Translations under genes and position numbers: made by a program | Assembly: GCA_039934415.1 (NCBI GenBank) | Contig: JBDTME010000001.1 | Coordinates: 442,461-506,460, forward strand | Source: Patescibacteria group bacterium | GTDB taxonomy: Bacteria; Patescibacteriota; Microgenomatia; UBA1400; PJMF01 | Length of the DNA stretch: 64,000 bases | Direction of reading: 5' to 3' | Notes under the pieces: model-generated | Told to the model about the DNA's origin: nothing | Seen by the model: only the letters and a program-made list of their open reading frames with translations | Database searches by the model: none | Part shown: positions 37,341-47,083 of the stretch, one piece after another | How positions within the stretch are numbered: the first letter of the stretch is position 1 | How the letters are laid out: each line of letters begins with the position of its first letter

Positions 37341-39678
37341 CAAGACACACTCATTTGATGTCTCCGGCATGCACTGTGCCTCTTGTGCGAGTACGATTAA
37401 GCGAAGACTTGAAAAAATCGATGGCGTTGAAGAATGCACCATAAATTACGGTACAGAGAAAGCTAAAGTCGTCTTTGACCCACAGAAGGTTGGTTTACCA
37501 CAAATGAATGCTGAAATCGATAAGTTGGGATATGAACTCATGGGAGATCAGTCAACTATGCAACATGCTGATCATGACGAGATGGCTCCAAATATGGATC
37601 ACTCACTCCATGAAGGCCATGACATGATGACTCCACTCACTTCAGATCAATCTGTTAAAGAAAGAAAGTTGAAAGACCTAGCTCAACTCAAAAAACACAT
37701 TCAAATTGTCATCCCCTTTGTAGGCGTCAGTCTATTCGTTATGGCATGGGAAATTGGTGCTAATCCATTTGGCCTATGGCCAGTCATGCCGGAAGTGATC
37801 AAAACATTTTTCCATCATCTACTTCCAGTCTTTGCTACATATACCTTATTCGTGATTGGTCTGCCATACATCAAAGGAGTGCAACGATTTGTGAAATATG
37901 GCGTAGCAAACATGGATAGTTTGGTAGGAATTGGCACTTCAGTTGCTTTTTTATATAGTTTCATCTTATCTGCATTCGAAAATGTGCTTGCACCGTACAT
38001 CGATACGGGACACACCTATTACGACGTTGTGATTGTCGTGATTGGTTTTATTACTCTTGGCAAGTATTTGGAAGCACGCTCAAAATTAAAAACTGGAGAA
38101 GCAATCGAGAAGCTGCTTGGTCTACAAGCAAAGAAAGCTACAGTCTTACTTGATGGTAAGGAGATGGAAATAGCCATTGATGAAGTGATTGTAGGTGATA
38201 TCGTCATCGTCAAACCCGGCCAAAAAGTTCCGGTCGATGGTGAAATCACAGAGGGTAAGTCCTCATTAGATGAATCAATGATCACTGGAGAATCAATCCC
38301 TGTTGATAAAGTACCTGGCGATACTGTCATCGGTGCAACCATCAACAAGCAGGGTTCCTTAAAGATAAAAGCCACTAAAATTGGCAAAGATACAGTTCTA
38401 TCTCAAATTATTTCTATGGTCGAAGAAGCTCAAGGCTCGAAAGCGCCTATTGAAAAGTTAGCAGATCAAATCTCAGCTGTTTTTGTGCCAATCGTATTAG
38501 TGCTTTCTGTCGTTGTCTTTCTGACTTGGTTGCTCGTTGGTTCGCAATTCATGCCATTCTCACAAGCCTTGACCTTGGCAATTGTAAGTTTTGTTGGTGT
38601 CTTAGTCATTGCGTGTCCCTGCGCAATGGGCTTGGCAACTCCCACAGCTGTTATTGTAGGAGTAGGAAAAGCTGCACAAAATGGAATCTTAATTAAAAAT
38701 GCAGAAAGTTTGGAAAAATTCAACTCAATTGATACTGTGGTATTAGACAAAACAGGCACACTAACCAAAGGTGAACCTGAGGTAACAGATATCCAACTAG
38801 TAGGAACACTTTCTCAAACTGAAGTACTTCAACTTCTAGCTTCTTTGGAAAAACATTCTGAACATCCACTTGCCCAAGCAGTTGTTGAGCAAGCTCAAAA
38901 AGAAAAAATCTCTCTCCAACCGGTCGACGATTTTGAAATCATTGAAGGCAAAGGACTAAAAGGTTTAATTAAAAAGAGACAGTATTTTGCTGGTAATCTC
39001 AAACTGGTTGAAGACTTACACCTCAAAATTGATGAAACAGTCGTAAATACTTTTACCTCACAAGGAAAAACTCCGGTCGTGTTCATGAACGACAAAGAAG
39101 TACTGGCCTATATCGGCATTGCCGACACGATTAAGGATGATGCAAAAGAAGCGATTAAACAATTACATAAACAAGGTTTGCAAGTAGCGATGCTAACTGG
39201 CGATCATCAAAAGACAGCTGAACACATCGCTCAACAGCTAGGAATTGATCGAGTGATAGCTGAAGTGCTACCAAAAGATAAAGCCGCTGAAATCAAGAAA
39301 CTGCAAAGCGAAGGTCATACAGTTGCGATGGTCGGTGATGGCATTAATGACGCACCTGCACTTGCTACAGCCGATGTAGGAGTCGCAATGGGTACCGGTA
39401 CTGATGTAGCAATTGAATCTGCAGGGATCACATTATTGGGTGGACACATTTCAAAGCTACCCAAAGCAGTCACTTTGGCACGAGCGACGATGCGAACAAT
39501 TAAACAGAATTTGTTCTGGGCTTTTTTCTACAATGTCATCACTATTCCAGTTGCAGCAGGTTTACTCTACCCTACATTTGGAATATTACTCAACCCTGCA
39601 ATTGCTGGTGGCGCGATGGCCTTCTCCAGTGTGAGTGTAGTATTAAATGCATTACGACTCAAACGAGTTAGGTTGTAA
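37327..39678 (+). CDS. copA: Cu(I)-translocating P1B-type ATPase
   Basis: GMHCASC, TGES, CPC, DKTGT, SEHP, GDGIND, YN and M..SS. Confidence 0.95.
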   Translation: MPSTNKTHSFDVSGMHCASCASTIKRRLEKIDGVEECTINYGTEKAKVVFDPQKVGLPQMNAEIDKLGYELMGDQSTMQHADHDEMAPNMDHSLHEGHDMMTPLTSDQSVKERKLKDLAQLKKHIQIVIPFVGVSLFVMAWEIGANPFGLWPVMPEVIKTFFHHLLPVFATYTLFVIGLPYIKGVQRFVKYGVANMDSLVGIGTSVAFLYSFILSAFENVLAPYIDTGHTYYDVVIVVIGFITLGKYLEARSKLKTGEAIEKLLGLQAKKATVLLDGKEMEIAIDEVIVGDIVIVKPGQKVPVDGEITEGKSSLDESMITGESIPVDKVPGDTVIGATINKQGSLKIKATKIGKDTVLSQIISMVEEAQGSKAPIEKLADQISAVFVPIVLVLSVVVFLTWLLVGSQFMPFSQALTLAIVSFVGVLVIACPCAMGLATPTAVIVGVGKAAQNGILIKNAESLEKFNSIDTVVLDKTGTLTKGEPEVTDIQLVGTLSQTEVLQLLASLEKHSEHPLAQAVVEQAQKEKISLQPVDDFEIIEGKGLKGLIKKRQYFAGNLKLVEDLHLKIDETVVNTFTSQGKTPVVFMNDKEVLAYIGIADTIKDDAKEAIKQLHKQGLQVAMLTGDHQKTAEHIAQQLGIDRVIAEVLPKDKAAEIKKLQSEGHTVAMVGDGINDAPALATADVGVAMGTGTDVAIESAGITLLGGHISKLPKAVTLARATMRTIKQNLFWAFFYNVITIPVAAGLLYPTFGILLNPAIAGGAMAFSSVSVVLNALRLKRVRL

Positions 39679-39686
39679 AGGATTTT

Positions 39687-40820
39687 ATGAATTTCTGGAT
39701 CATTTTTCTTACAGGACTCACGACAGGCGGTTTATCTTGCTTGGCAGTTCAAGGTGGTTTGCTGACGAGTATCATCGCCAACCAAAAGGACTCAGAGATC
39801 GACGAGGCAGATGTATCCAAGAAAGAACTCAAAACTAGAAAGAGAAAGAAATATCTAGCTACTCAACAATCTGTTCACAAAACAAATTTGCTTCCAGGTT
39901 CTTTTGACCAATTAGATTGGATGCCAGTTGTACTCTTTTTGTTAACAAAATTAGTCGCTCACATCATTCTCGGTTTCTTCCTGGGCTGGCTTGGCTCAAA
40001 ATTGCAGTTGAGTCTAACAGTCCGTCTGATCTTTCAAGGATTAGCTGCCTTGTTCATGTTTGGAACGGCAATGAACTTACTGGAAGTCCATCCTATCTTC
40101 CGCTATTTAGTGTTTCAGCCACCGCGGTTTATACAGCGCTGGCTTCGAAATACGAGTAAAGGAAAAGCTTTTTTTACTCCAGCAGTATTAGGACTGATGA
40201 CGATCTTTATTCCTTGCGGTGTCACCCAATCTATGGAAGTTCTTGCAATGAGTTCAGGGAATGCTTTTGTAGGGGCGCTCATTTTGGGAGTGTTTGTATT
40301 GGGAACTTCTCCTCTCTTTGCGGTGATTGGAATCGCGACTGCGAAGTTGTCAGAAACCTTTCAAACCAAATTCTTAAGGGTTGCGGCTGGTGCATTGATA
40401 CTTTTATCAGTCAGTAGCTTCAATGGCATTTTAGTTGTCTTGAACTCGCCGATAACGATCGGGAGCATTACACACCCTATTACTTACTTCTTTTCGGATG
40501 AACGATATAACACACTGAAAAATACTAGAAATTCTTCAATCGGGACAGTCAATGGAATCCAAGTAGTGAACATACTCGCAAGTAGTAATGGATACACTCC
40601 AAACAAAATCACCGTCAAGGCTGGCATACCCGTTCAACTTACTGTCCAAACCAAAGATACTTTTAGTTGTGCGAGCTCTTTTGTCTTTAAAGAGTTTAAT
40701 ATTTCTTTTCAACTTGGTCCAACTGATTCTAAAGTAGCGATGTTCACACCAAATAAACCAGGAAAATATCAATTTACTTGTGGCATGGGTATGTACAAAG
40801 GTGAGTTGGAGGTCATTTAA
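39687..40820 (+). CDS. DsbD_2/TauE-like membrane protein with C-terminal cupredoxin domain
   Basis: SCLAVQGG, FIPCG, GYTPN...FTCGMGMY. Confidence 0.85.
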   Translation: MNFWIIFLTGLTTGGLSCLAVQGGLLTSIIANQKDSEIDEADVSKKELKTRKRKKYLATQQSVHKTNLLPGSFDQLDWMPVVLFLLTKLVAHIILGFFLGWLGSKLQLSLTVRLIFQGLAALFMFGTAMNLLEVHPIFRYLVFQPPRFIQRWLRNTSKGKAFFTPAVLGLMTIFIPCGVTQSMEVLAMSSGNAFVGALILGVFVLGTSPLFAVIGIATAKLSETFQTKFLRVAAGALILLSVSSFNGILVVLNSPITIGSITHPITYFFSDERYNTLKNTRNSSIGTVNGIQVVNILASSNGYTPNKITVKAGIPVQLTVQTKDTFSCASSFVFKEFNISFQLGPTDSKVAMFTPNKPGKYQFTCGMGMYKGELEVI

Positions 40821-40821
40821 T

Positions 40822-41082
40822 ATGTTTAATTTTTCAAAGAAGAAAGAATCACAAGGTACTCAAGTAAGTTTCAAAGTTGACGGCATGCATTGCAGTAGCT
40901 GCAGCATGAATATCGACGGCGAGCTGGAAGATACCAAAGGAGTACTAAAATCCAGTACAAGCTACGCAAAAGCGAAAACAATTATTGAATATGATCCCGC
41001 AATAGTAAATTCAAAACAACTCAAAAAAAAAATTGAATCACTAGACTATAGTGCTTCAGAGATTGAATTAGAAACTCCTTGA
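40822..41082 (+). CDS. HMA-domain copper chaperone (CopZ-like)
   Basis: GMHCSSC motif. Confidence 0.85.
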   Translation: MFNFSKKKESQGTQVSFKVDGMHCSSCSMNIDGELEDTKGVLKSSTSYAKAKTIIEYDPAIVNSKQLKKKIESLDYSASEIELETP

Positions 41083-41228
41083 TTCTTCCATCAAAATTGT
41101 TTTAATTATCAATGAAGTTGAACATATGAAAAACTCACTCAAGAGTATCGGTGCGGTCCTTGCGAGAACTCACTCGATCATCAAAACTGTGCTAAAATCA
41201 CACATCAGTATCAATAGTCTAGTTTTCC

Positions 41229-42701
41229 GTGATGTCTATGTCAGAAAATGAAGTAATTGTCCGATTTAGCAATGTTTCTTTCAACTTTGAGTACAACAAG
41301 CCCATTTTGGATGATGTAAGTTTTTCGATGCGAAAAGGAATGAAAATGGCCTTAATGGGACAAAATGGGGCTGGCAAGAGTACAATCTTCAAATTAATGA
41401 CCAAAGCCATCCAACCAGAGAGTGGCAATATCTCGGTCGATAATTCACTGAAAGTAGCGACTGCTCATCAAGTCATTAGTTTAGAAGATCGTGAAGTTAC
41501 CATTGAAGCATTTTTTCAAAAATACTCCGGTTTGGAGGCTCATGATCTCAAACGAAAAATCAGTGATGCTCTAACTATTGTCAATCTACATGCACCACTT
41601 GAAAAAGTAGTGAGAGATTTTTCAGGAGGTCAACAAGCTCGTTTGTTGCTAGCTGCGGCGTTAATTCAGAATCCTGATTTACTCTTGCTCGATGAGCCAA
41701 CGAATAACCTTGATCCTGCTGGAATCGAACACCTCACTCATTTTCTCGTTAATTACAAAAAATCCTGTTTAGTCATTTCTCACGATGCTGATTTCTTGAA
41801 TGCATTCACCGAAGGTGTTTTTTACTTGGACACATTTACTCACAAAATTGAACAATATACAGGCAACTACTACAGCGTCGTTGAAGAAATCTCAGTGCGG
41901 ATTGAAAAAGAAAACCAACTCAACGCACGTAAAGCCAAAGGCATTCAGGAGAACAAAGAGAAAGCTAACTTTTTCGCACATAAAGGTGGCAAGATGCGTC
42001 TCGTCGCTAAAAAAATGCGTGAACGCGCGGAATTATTAGAGAGTGAAAAAGTAGATGTTCGCAAAGAAGACAAGACAATCCGCAAGTTCACTATCCCTGC
42101 TCAAAGAGACATCATGAGTCCCATAGTCAAAATTTCATCTTTCTCGGTGATGAAAAATCATCAAACAGTAACTAAGAAAACAAATATTTTTGTTGGCAAA
42201 AATGATCATTTACTCATTTCTGGACCAAACGGAATTGGCAAGAGCACACTCATTGAATCCCTAGCAACTGGCACTGCGGAAGGAGCAACCATCTCCTCTG
42301 GCGTTACCGTTGGATATTATCGACAAGATTTTTCGACATTGAACTTTGATGACACCGTTCGGGAGTCACTTGTCAAAGCACTCACTGGCTCTGGAGGTTT
42401 GACCCACGAAGAAGAACTCCGTTCAGTTGCTTCAGGATTCTTGATCAACTCTGATTTAATTAAATCAAGAATTGGAAATTTGTCAGAAGGTCAAAAAGGA
42501 TTAGTGTCTTTTGCTCGACTAGTTTTGCAAAAACCTGGCTTGCTAATTTTAGACGAACCGACAAATCACATCAACTTTCGTCATTTACCTATCATTGCTC
42601 AAGCGCTAGACAAATATGAAGGTGCCATGATCTTGGTATCACACGTTCCAGAGTTTGTTTGGCAAATTCGCATCGACCAAGAATTGGATTTGGAGAAGTA
42701 A
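41229..42701 (+). CDS. ABC-F family ATPase
   Basis: Two ABC domains (GQNGAGKS, GPNGIGKS; LLDEPTN, SH), no TM segments. Confidence 0.9.
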   Translation: MMSMSENEVIVRFSNVSFNFEYNKPILDDVSFSMRKGMKMALMGQNGAGKSTIFKLMTKAIQPESGNISVDNSLKVATAHQVISLEDREVTIEAFFQKYSGLEAHDLKRKISDALTIVNLHAPLEKVVRDFSGGQQARLLLAAALIQNPDLLLLDEPTNNLDPAGIEHLTHFLVNYKKSCLVISHDADFLNAFTEGVFYLDTFTHKIEQYTGNYYSVVEEISVRIEKENQLNARKAKGIQENKEKANFFAHKGGKMRLVAKKMRERAELLESEKVDVRKEDKTIRKFTIPAQRDIMSPIVKISSFSVMKNHQTVTKKTNIFVGKNDHLLISGPNGIGKSTLIESLATGTAEGATISSGVTVGYYRQDFSTLNFDDTVRESLVKALTGSGGLTHEEELRSVASGFLINSDLIKSRIGNLSEGQKGLVSFARLVLQKPGLLILDEPTNHINFRHLPIIAQALDKYEGAMILVSHVPEFVWQIRIDQELDLEK

Positions 42702-42718
42702 GCTGTTATTCTATTCTG

Positions 42719-44191
42719 ATGAGTATTCGAGGAAAAATTAGTTATCATCTTCCGTTCATCCTCCTTCTGGTCATTGCTCTTTTTCTTCGACTCAACAATC
42801 TTTCAACATTAACCACATTTGGACGAGATCAAGGCATTGATTTCTCAACCGTCAAAAAAATGATTGTTGAACGGAAACCCACTCTTATCGGTATTGAGGT
42901 TTCAATCGCGCAGTTCCACCAAGGACCTGTGTATCTCTACATGCTGGTCCCACTTTTTCTTTTATTACAATTTGACCCAATTGCAGGAGCATATACCGCT
43001 GTCCTTATATCAGTTATCACGATCGCCTTACTTTATTTTTTTACAAAAAAGTTCTTCGGTCGCAAAACCGCATTGATCAGTAGTGCTTTATTTGCAGTCT
43101 CACCAGAATTCGTCCGCGAAGGCAACACGCCACTCTATCAACATTTTTTGCCGTTGTTTTTAATCATAGCCATCTACGTATTACTTGAATTATTTAAAAC
43201 GACAGAACGAAGTAAAAAACATGGGTTGGCACTCTTCTTAGGCATAATTGTTGGCATCTGCCTAGAGATCCATTTTCTAGCGATCACTTTCGCGCTCGCC
43301 ATTTTCACACTCTTATTTTTCAAGCTCTCCAAAAATTTGAAGGTCGTGTGTTTTTATTTCCTCGGTATTTTAATTGGGGTAAGTCCGACAATATTTTTTG
43401 AACTTAAACATCAATTTTTAAATACTCATCTTTTATGGTCATATCTCACATCGGTTCATGATTCGACATCAGTTCGATCGCTTACACGTCTAACAGTACC
43501 TTGGATTGAATCCCAAACGAAATGGTTTGGGGCAGATTTGAATATTTTAGGAGTTCTTATTTTTGCATGGAATATCTATGCTTTTTTACGCATCAGACTC
43601 AAACTCTCTCACGAAAAAACACTTCGACAGTTACTACTCCACGTTACTGGATTCAGTCTTTTTTTTGAATTTGGAATCGGTGATTTTCAAGCACACTATC
43701 TACTTCCTCTTTTGGTCATAGAACTCATACTCATTCCCACCTGGATTATCCAGTTAAAATTTACTCCTCGTCTGATAAGTTATCTTGCAATGTTAATCAT
43801 AATTTGTGTCAGCTTGAACGCTGTCATGTATGCTTCTTTTGCCAATCATGGTTACTCTATGACAGATGGATGGAGTTTACGAAAAATGCAATCAATCACT
43901 GACATCATTACTAGTGATGCCCAAGATCGAGAACGCGTGAATATAGCCTCTTTAATTGATGGAGATGCTCGAACTTATCCATTGAGATATATGCTAGATG
44001 TGAGAGGCGTTCCGATTGATTCATTTGAAAATTATTCGAACAGCAAAGTCATGTACTTGGTCTCTAGAATTAATGAAAATGAAGTAAATAACTCTATGTT
44101 GTGGGAAGTTGCCTCGTTTAAACCATTTGCAATTGGACAACATTGGGAATTAGGAGATGGCATTCAACTATTCCGTTTGGAAAAAGAATAG
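42719..44191 (+). CDS. GT-C fold glycosyltransferase (ArnT/PMT, GT39/83-like)
   Basis: LFLRL...FGRDQG.D, GPVYLY, multiple TMs. Confidence 0.8.
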   Translation: MSIRGKISYHLPFILLLVIALFLRLNNLSTLTTFGRDQGIDFSTVKKMIVERKPTLIGIEVSIAQFHQGPVYLYMLVPLFLLLQFDPIAGAYTAVLISVITIALLYFFTKKFFGRKTALISSALFAVSPEFVREGNTPLYQHFLPLFLIIAIYVLLELFKTTERSKKHGLALFLGIIVGICLEIHFLAITFALAIFTLLFFKLSKNLKVVCFYFLGILIGVSPTIFFELKHQFLNTHLLWSYLTSVHDSTSVRSLTRLTVPWIESQTKWFGADLNILGVLIFAWNIYAFLRIRLKLSHEKTLRQLLLHVTGFSLFFEFGIGDFQAHYLLPLLVIELILIPTWIIQLKFTPRLISYLAMLIIICVSLNAVMYASFANHGYSMTDGWSLRKMQSITDIITSDAQDRERVNIASLIDGDARTYPLRYMLDVRGVPIDSFENYSNSKVMYLVSRINENEVNNSMLWEVASFKPFAIGQHWELGDGIQLFRLEKE

Positions 44192-44198
44192 CGATTAC

Positions 44199-45290
44199 TT
44201 ATCCGCCAACAATCTTTTTTAACACTGGAGTCTTCTGAATTAAGTAAGCAAGTGGAATGGTCAATGCAAAAGCCGTAATCGTTTCTATTATTAAATACAT
44301 CCACAAACTCGCCATGCTCGGACTATCAGGGGTGATCCCAAAGAATTTACTTAATACATCCATAACTAGTAAATGGTTGAGATACATTGCAAATGCTAAA
44401 CCTGCCAAAAAAACCACTGGCTTCTTGATCCAATCATAGGTTTCGAGTTTTAAAATTCCTTCACTTCGCATCAGAAGATTGAATACACTTACAGACATCA
44501 TCATGACGCTGATACTCAGATATCCATCAGCATACGTTTGACCTCCAATATAGAAGAGCTCATTCACATGATGATGAAAGAGCCAAAGCGTTACATACCC
44601 AAAAGCAACCGTTGCTATGTATCCGATAATGAACAAATAGCTGTACCATTTTTTTTCTGCTGACGATAGAAGAACAGGTTTCCGTTTGACCCAGTACCCA
44701 TATAAGTAATATCCAACCCACATCAACCAATACGTGTAAGTACTAAATACTTCACCTTCGCGTAAACTTAAATAATAAAAAATATTGGCGACCGCACCTA
44801 GTATAAAGAAAAAAGTACAAACATATTGAAGTACTAAGGTATTTTTTTCTTCGGTCAACAAGTTCCATAACGGATTGAGTAACTGGATAAAAAGTAACAC
44901 GACTAGAAAATATAAACTGGAATGCGTATTTTTACTTAAATTGTGAAAAATACCCCAATAATCAAACGGCTCTGCTCTCAGCCAAGCCATGGAGGCATAT
45001 ACTACTGTAAAAATAATATAGTACGCTACAAGTGGAACGAGCAAACGCCGAGTGACACGACTGAGATTCTGACGCACTGTCACTGATTTTCCTAAGGTCA
45101 GATACCCACTCAAAAGAATGAATAACGGTACACTTATTCGAAATAAACAATTGACCAAGAAGGTCAGCCACCATAACCCCCCACCAAAAAAATCTGGTCG
45201 TGCAGTAATAGGAATGACTAAATGAACTCCAATCACTGCTAAAATAGCAAAGGTTCTAACAAAGTCAGCTTGGAATAAATATTTTTTCAT
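44199..45290 (-). CDS. acyltransferase-3 family O-acyltransferase
   Basis: DFVRTFAILAVIGVH, VPLFILLSGY, MYLNH. Confidence 0.9.
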   Translation of the reverse strand: MKKYLFQADFVRTFAILAVIGVHLVIPITARPDFFGGGLWWLTFLVNCLFRISVPLFILLSGYLTLGKSVTVRQNLSRVTRRLLVPLVAYYIIFTVVYASMAWLRAEPFDYWGIFHNLSKNTHSSLYFLVVLLFIQLLNPLWNLLTEEKNTLVLQYVCTFFFILGAVANIFYYLSLREGEVFSTYTYWLMWVGYYLYGYWVKRKPVLLSSAEKKWYSYLFIIGYIATVAFGYVTLWLFHHHVNELFYIGGQTYADGYLSISVMMMSVSVFNLLMRSEGILKLETYDWIKKPVVFLAGLAFAMYLNHLLVMDVLSKFFGITPDSPSMASLWMYLIIETITAFALTIPLAYLIQKTPVLKKIVGG

Positions 45291-45304
45291 ACTGCAAAGA
45301 ATTC

Positions 45305-47083
45305 ATGTTCACCGATATAGTACCATTAAAATCACACTGGTTGCTAAAACACATGTTTATAAAAAAAACACCAACTCTAAGAATAAAAGGACCAATACTT
45401 TGGCTACTCATGGGAAGTGTCTTGATTCTGTACTTCACAGCTCCAAGTCTTAATCCTTTCAAAAGTGGAATGTTTGGTTTTCAAGATCCGACTCAAGTGG
45501 GACGAGTGACGAGTTTCGTTGGAAACTTAAAATCTGGGCACATTCCGCCAAGATTAGCACCCGAATACTCTTTCCACCTTGGATTTCCCGTCTTTAATTT
45601 TTATGCACCGACAGCATATTGGTTGACCAGTTTAATCGCCCTAACAGGCATCTCTTCGATCACAGCTGTAAAGCTTTCCTTCCTATTTTCAATGCTCGGT
45701 GCTTACTTTGGCATGTACTTTTTACTAAGTAAACTATTTGCTTCAAAGAGAGCACTCGCCCCGCTATTGGGCGCAAGCGTCTACGTGACCTCCACATACT
45801 TTGCGACAGAAATTGTGGTGAGAGGTAATCTGGCTGAGTGTTGGTTTTTAGCTTTGTTACCGATTTGCTTAGGTTTGATCATTCATAACAGCCAATCCCA
45901 AAAAAGAAGTATTCAAATTGCTACCACCTTTTTACTCGCGTTATTATTCACTTCACACAACATGATGATGTTATTTGCGGTGCCAACTGCCGTCATCTTT
46001 CTATTATTTTTTCCAAATAAAAGAAAAAATATTCTAGCATTAGGTGTAGCATTGCTCATTGATAGTTATTTTTTGATTCCAGCTTTTCTAGAGGGCTCAC
46101 TTGTCCAAGCAACACATGTCGCCAAAGAGTATATTTACTCAACTCATTTTCTGTGCGCGTGGCAGTTGTGGACTGCAAAGGGTTGGGTGTTTGGTGGTTC
46201 AGTACCAGGATGTGAAGATCCAACAGAGATGAGTTTTAAAATTGGAAAACTACAATTCATACTAGGTACTTTGGGACTCAGTGCATTTCTCTTTAAGATT
46301 TTCCGTCAAAAAAAGATTTCCCAAAATAATCTACCATTATTGTTCATTGCGGTATTTTCTGTAGGCGCATTTTTCTTAACACTCTATCCTTCTCAATTTA
46401 TTTGGGACTTTTTCTCATCAGTCATGGCGCTCTTTCAGTTTCCCTGGAGGTTCATCGTGTTTGGGTTGTTTGGCATTGCTGTATTTGCTGGATACCTTTT
46501 TCATGCTTTTCATTTTCCATTGCAAAAAATTATTGCATTTACAATAGTGCTCTTTCTTTTTATTTCCGGTAGAAAATACTTTATTACTCCCACTATGCCA
46601 TTCGATACATATCAAACACAGTACAATTCTGATGAATATTTTTCTCAACATTTAGCGTACAAAATGCCAGAGTATTTAGTCACGATAGCCGACCTCCCCT
46701 ATTGGCGATCATTGCAATCATCAGATGAAAAAAAGGTTGATCTCAGTTTTGATCCAGCTTTACCAACCCAATCAACAACAGAGTATACCCTGATACAAAA
46801 CACACCGTTCGAAAAATCACTTTCCTTCATGGAAGCAGGTGACGCTATCATTAACATTCATTATTTTCCATTTTGGAAAATTATGGTGAATGATCAGCAA
46901 GTGTTTCCTACTCATTTTGACATGCTCGCTCGACCGATCATGAGTTTAGATGCTGGAGACAAGGTCACAATTCAGTACGAGCAAACTTCAATTGAAAAAG
47001 CGGCAGATATACTCAGTCTGATAGGTTTCATTCTCTTATTCTCAACTCCGCTTTTTCTCCCGAAAATTGATACTCGTGTATAA
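45305..47083 (+). CDS. 6-pyruvoyl-tetrahydropterin-synthase-related/YfhO-like GT-C membrane protein
   Basis: PPRLAP...GFPVFNFYAP, RGNLAE, QFPWRF, YFPFW. Confidence 0.8.
   Translation: MFTDIVPLKSHWLLKHMFIKKTPTLRIKGPILWLLMGSVLILYFTAPSLNPFKSGMFGFQDPTQVGRVTSFVGNLKSGHIPPRLAPEYSFHLGFPVFNFYAPTAYWLTSLIALTGISSITAVKLSFLFSMLGAYFGMYFLLSKLFASKRALAPLLGASVYVTSTYFATEIVVRGNLAECWFLALLPICLGLIIHNSQSQKRSIQIATTFLLALLFTSHNMMMLFAVPTAVIFLLFFPNKRKNILALGVALLIDSYFLIPAFLEGSLVQATHVAKEYIYSTHFLCAWQLWTAKGWVFGGSVPGCEDPTEMSFKIGKLQFILGTLGLSAFLFKIFRQKKISQNNLPLLFIAVFSVGAFFLTLYPSQFIWDFFSSVMALFQFPWRFIVFGLFGIAVFAGYLFHAFHFPLQKIIAFTIVLFLFISGRKYFITPTMPFDTYQTQYNSDEYFSQHLAYKMPEYLVTIADLPYWRSLQSSDEKKVDLSFDPALPTQSTTEYTLIQNTPFEKSLSFMEAGDAIINIHYFPFWKIMVNDQQVFPTHFDMLARPIMSLDAGDKVTIQYEQTSIEKAADILSLIGFILLFSTPLFLPKIDTRV

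Noticed and set aside
41126-41251. 41-codon uORF as an attenuator leader for the ABC-F gene
   Set aside because: No terminator/antiterminator hairpins seen; a TGnTAAAAT promoter lies inside it; the start (MKNSLKSIGAVLA) looks like a truncated membrane-protein gene
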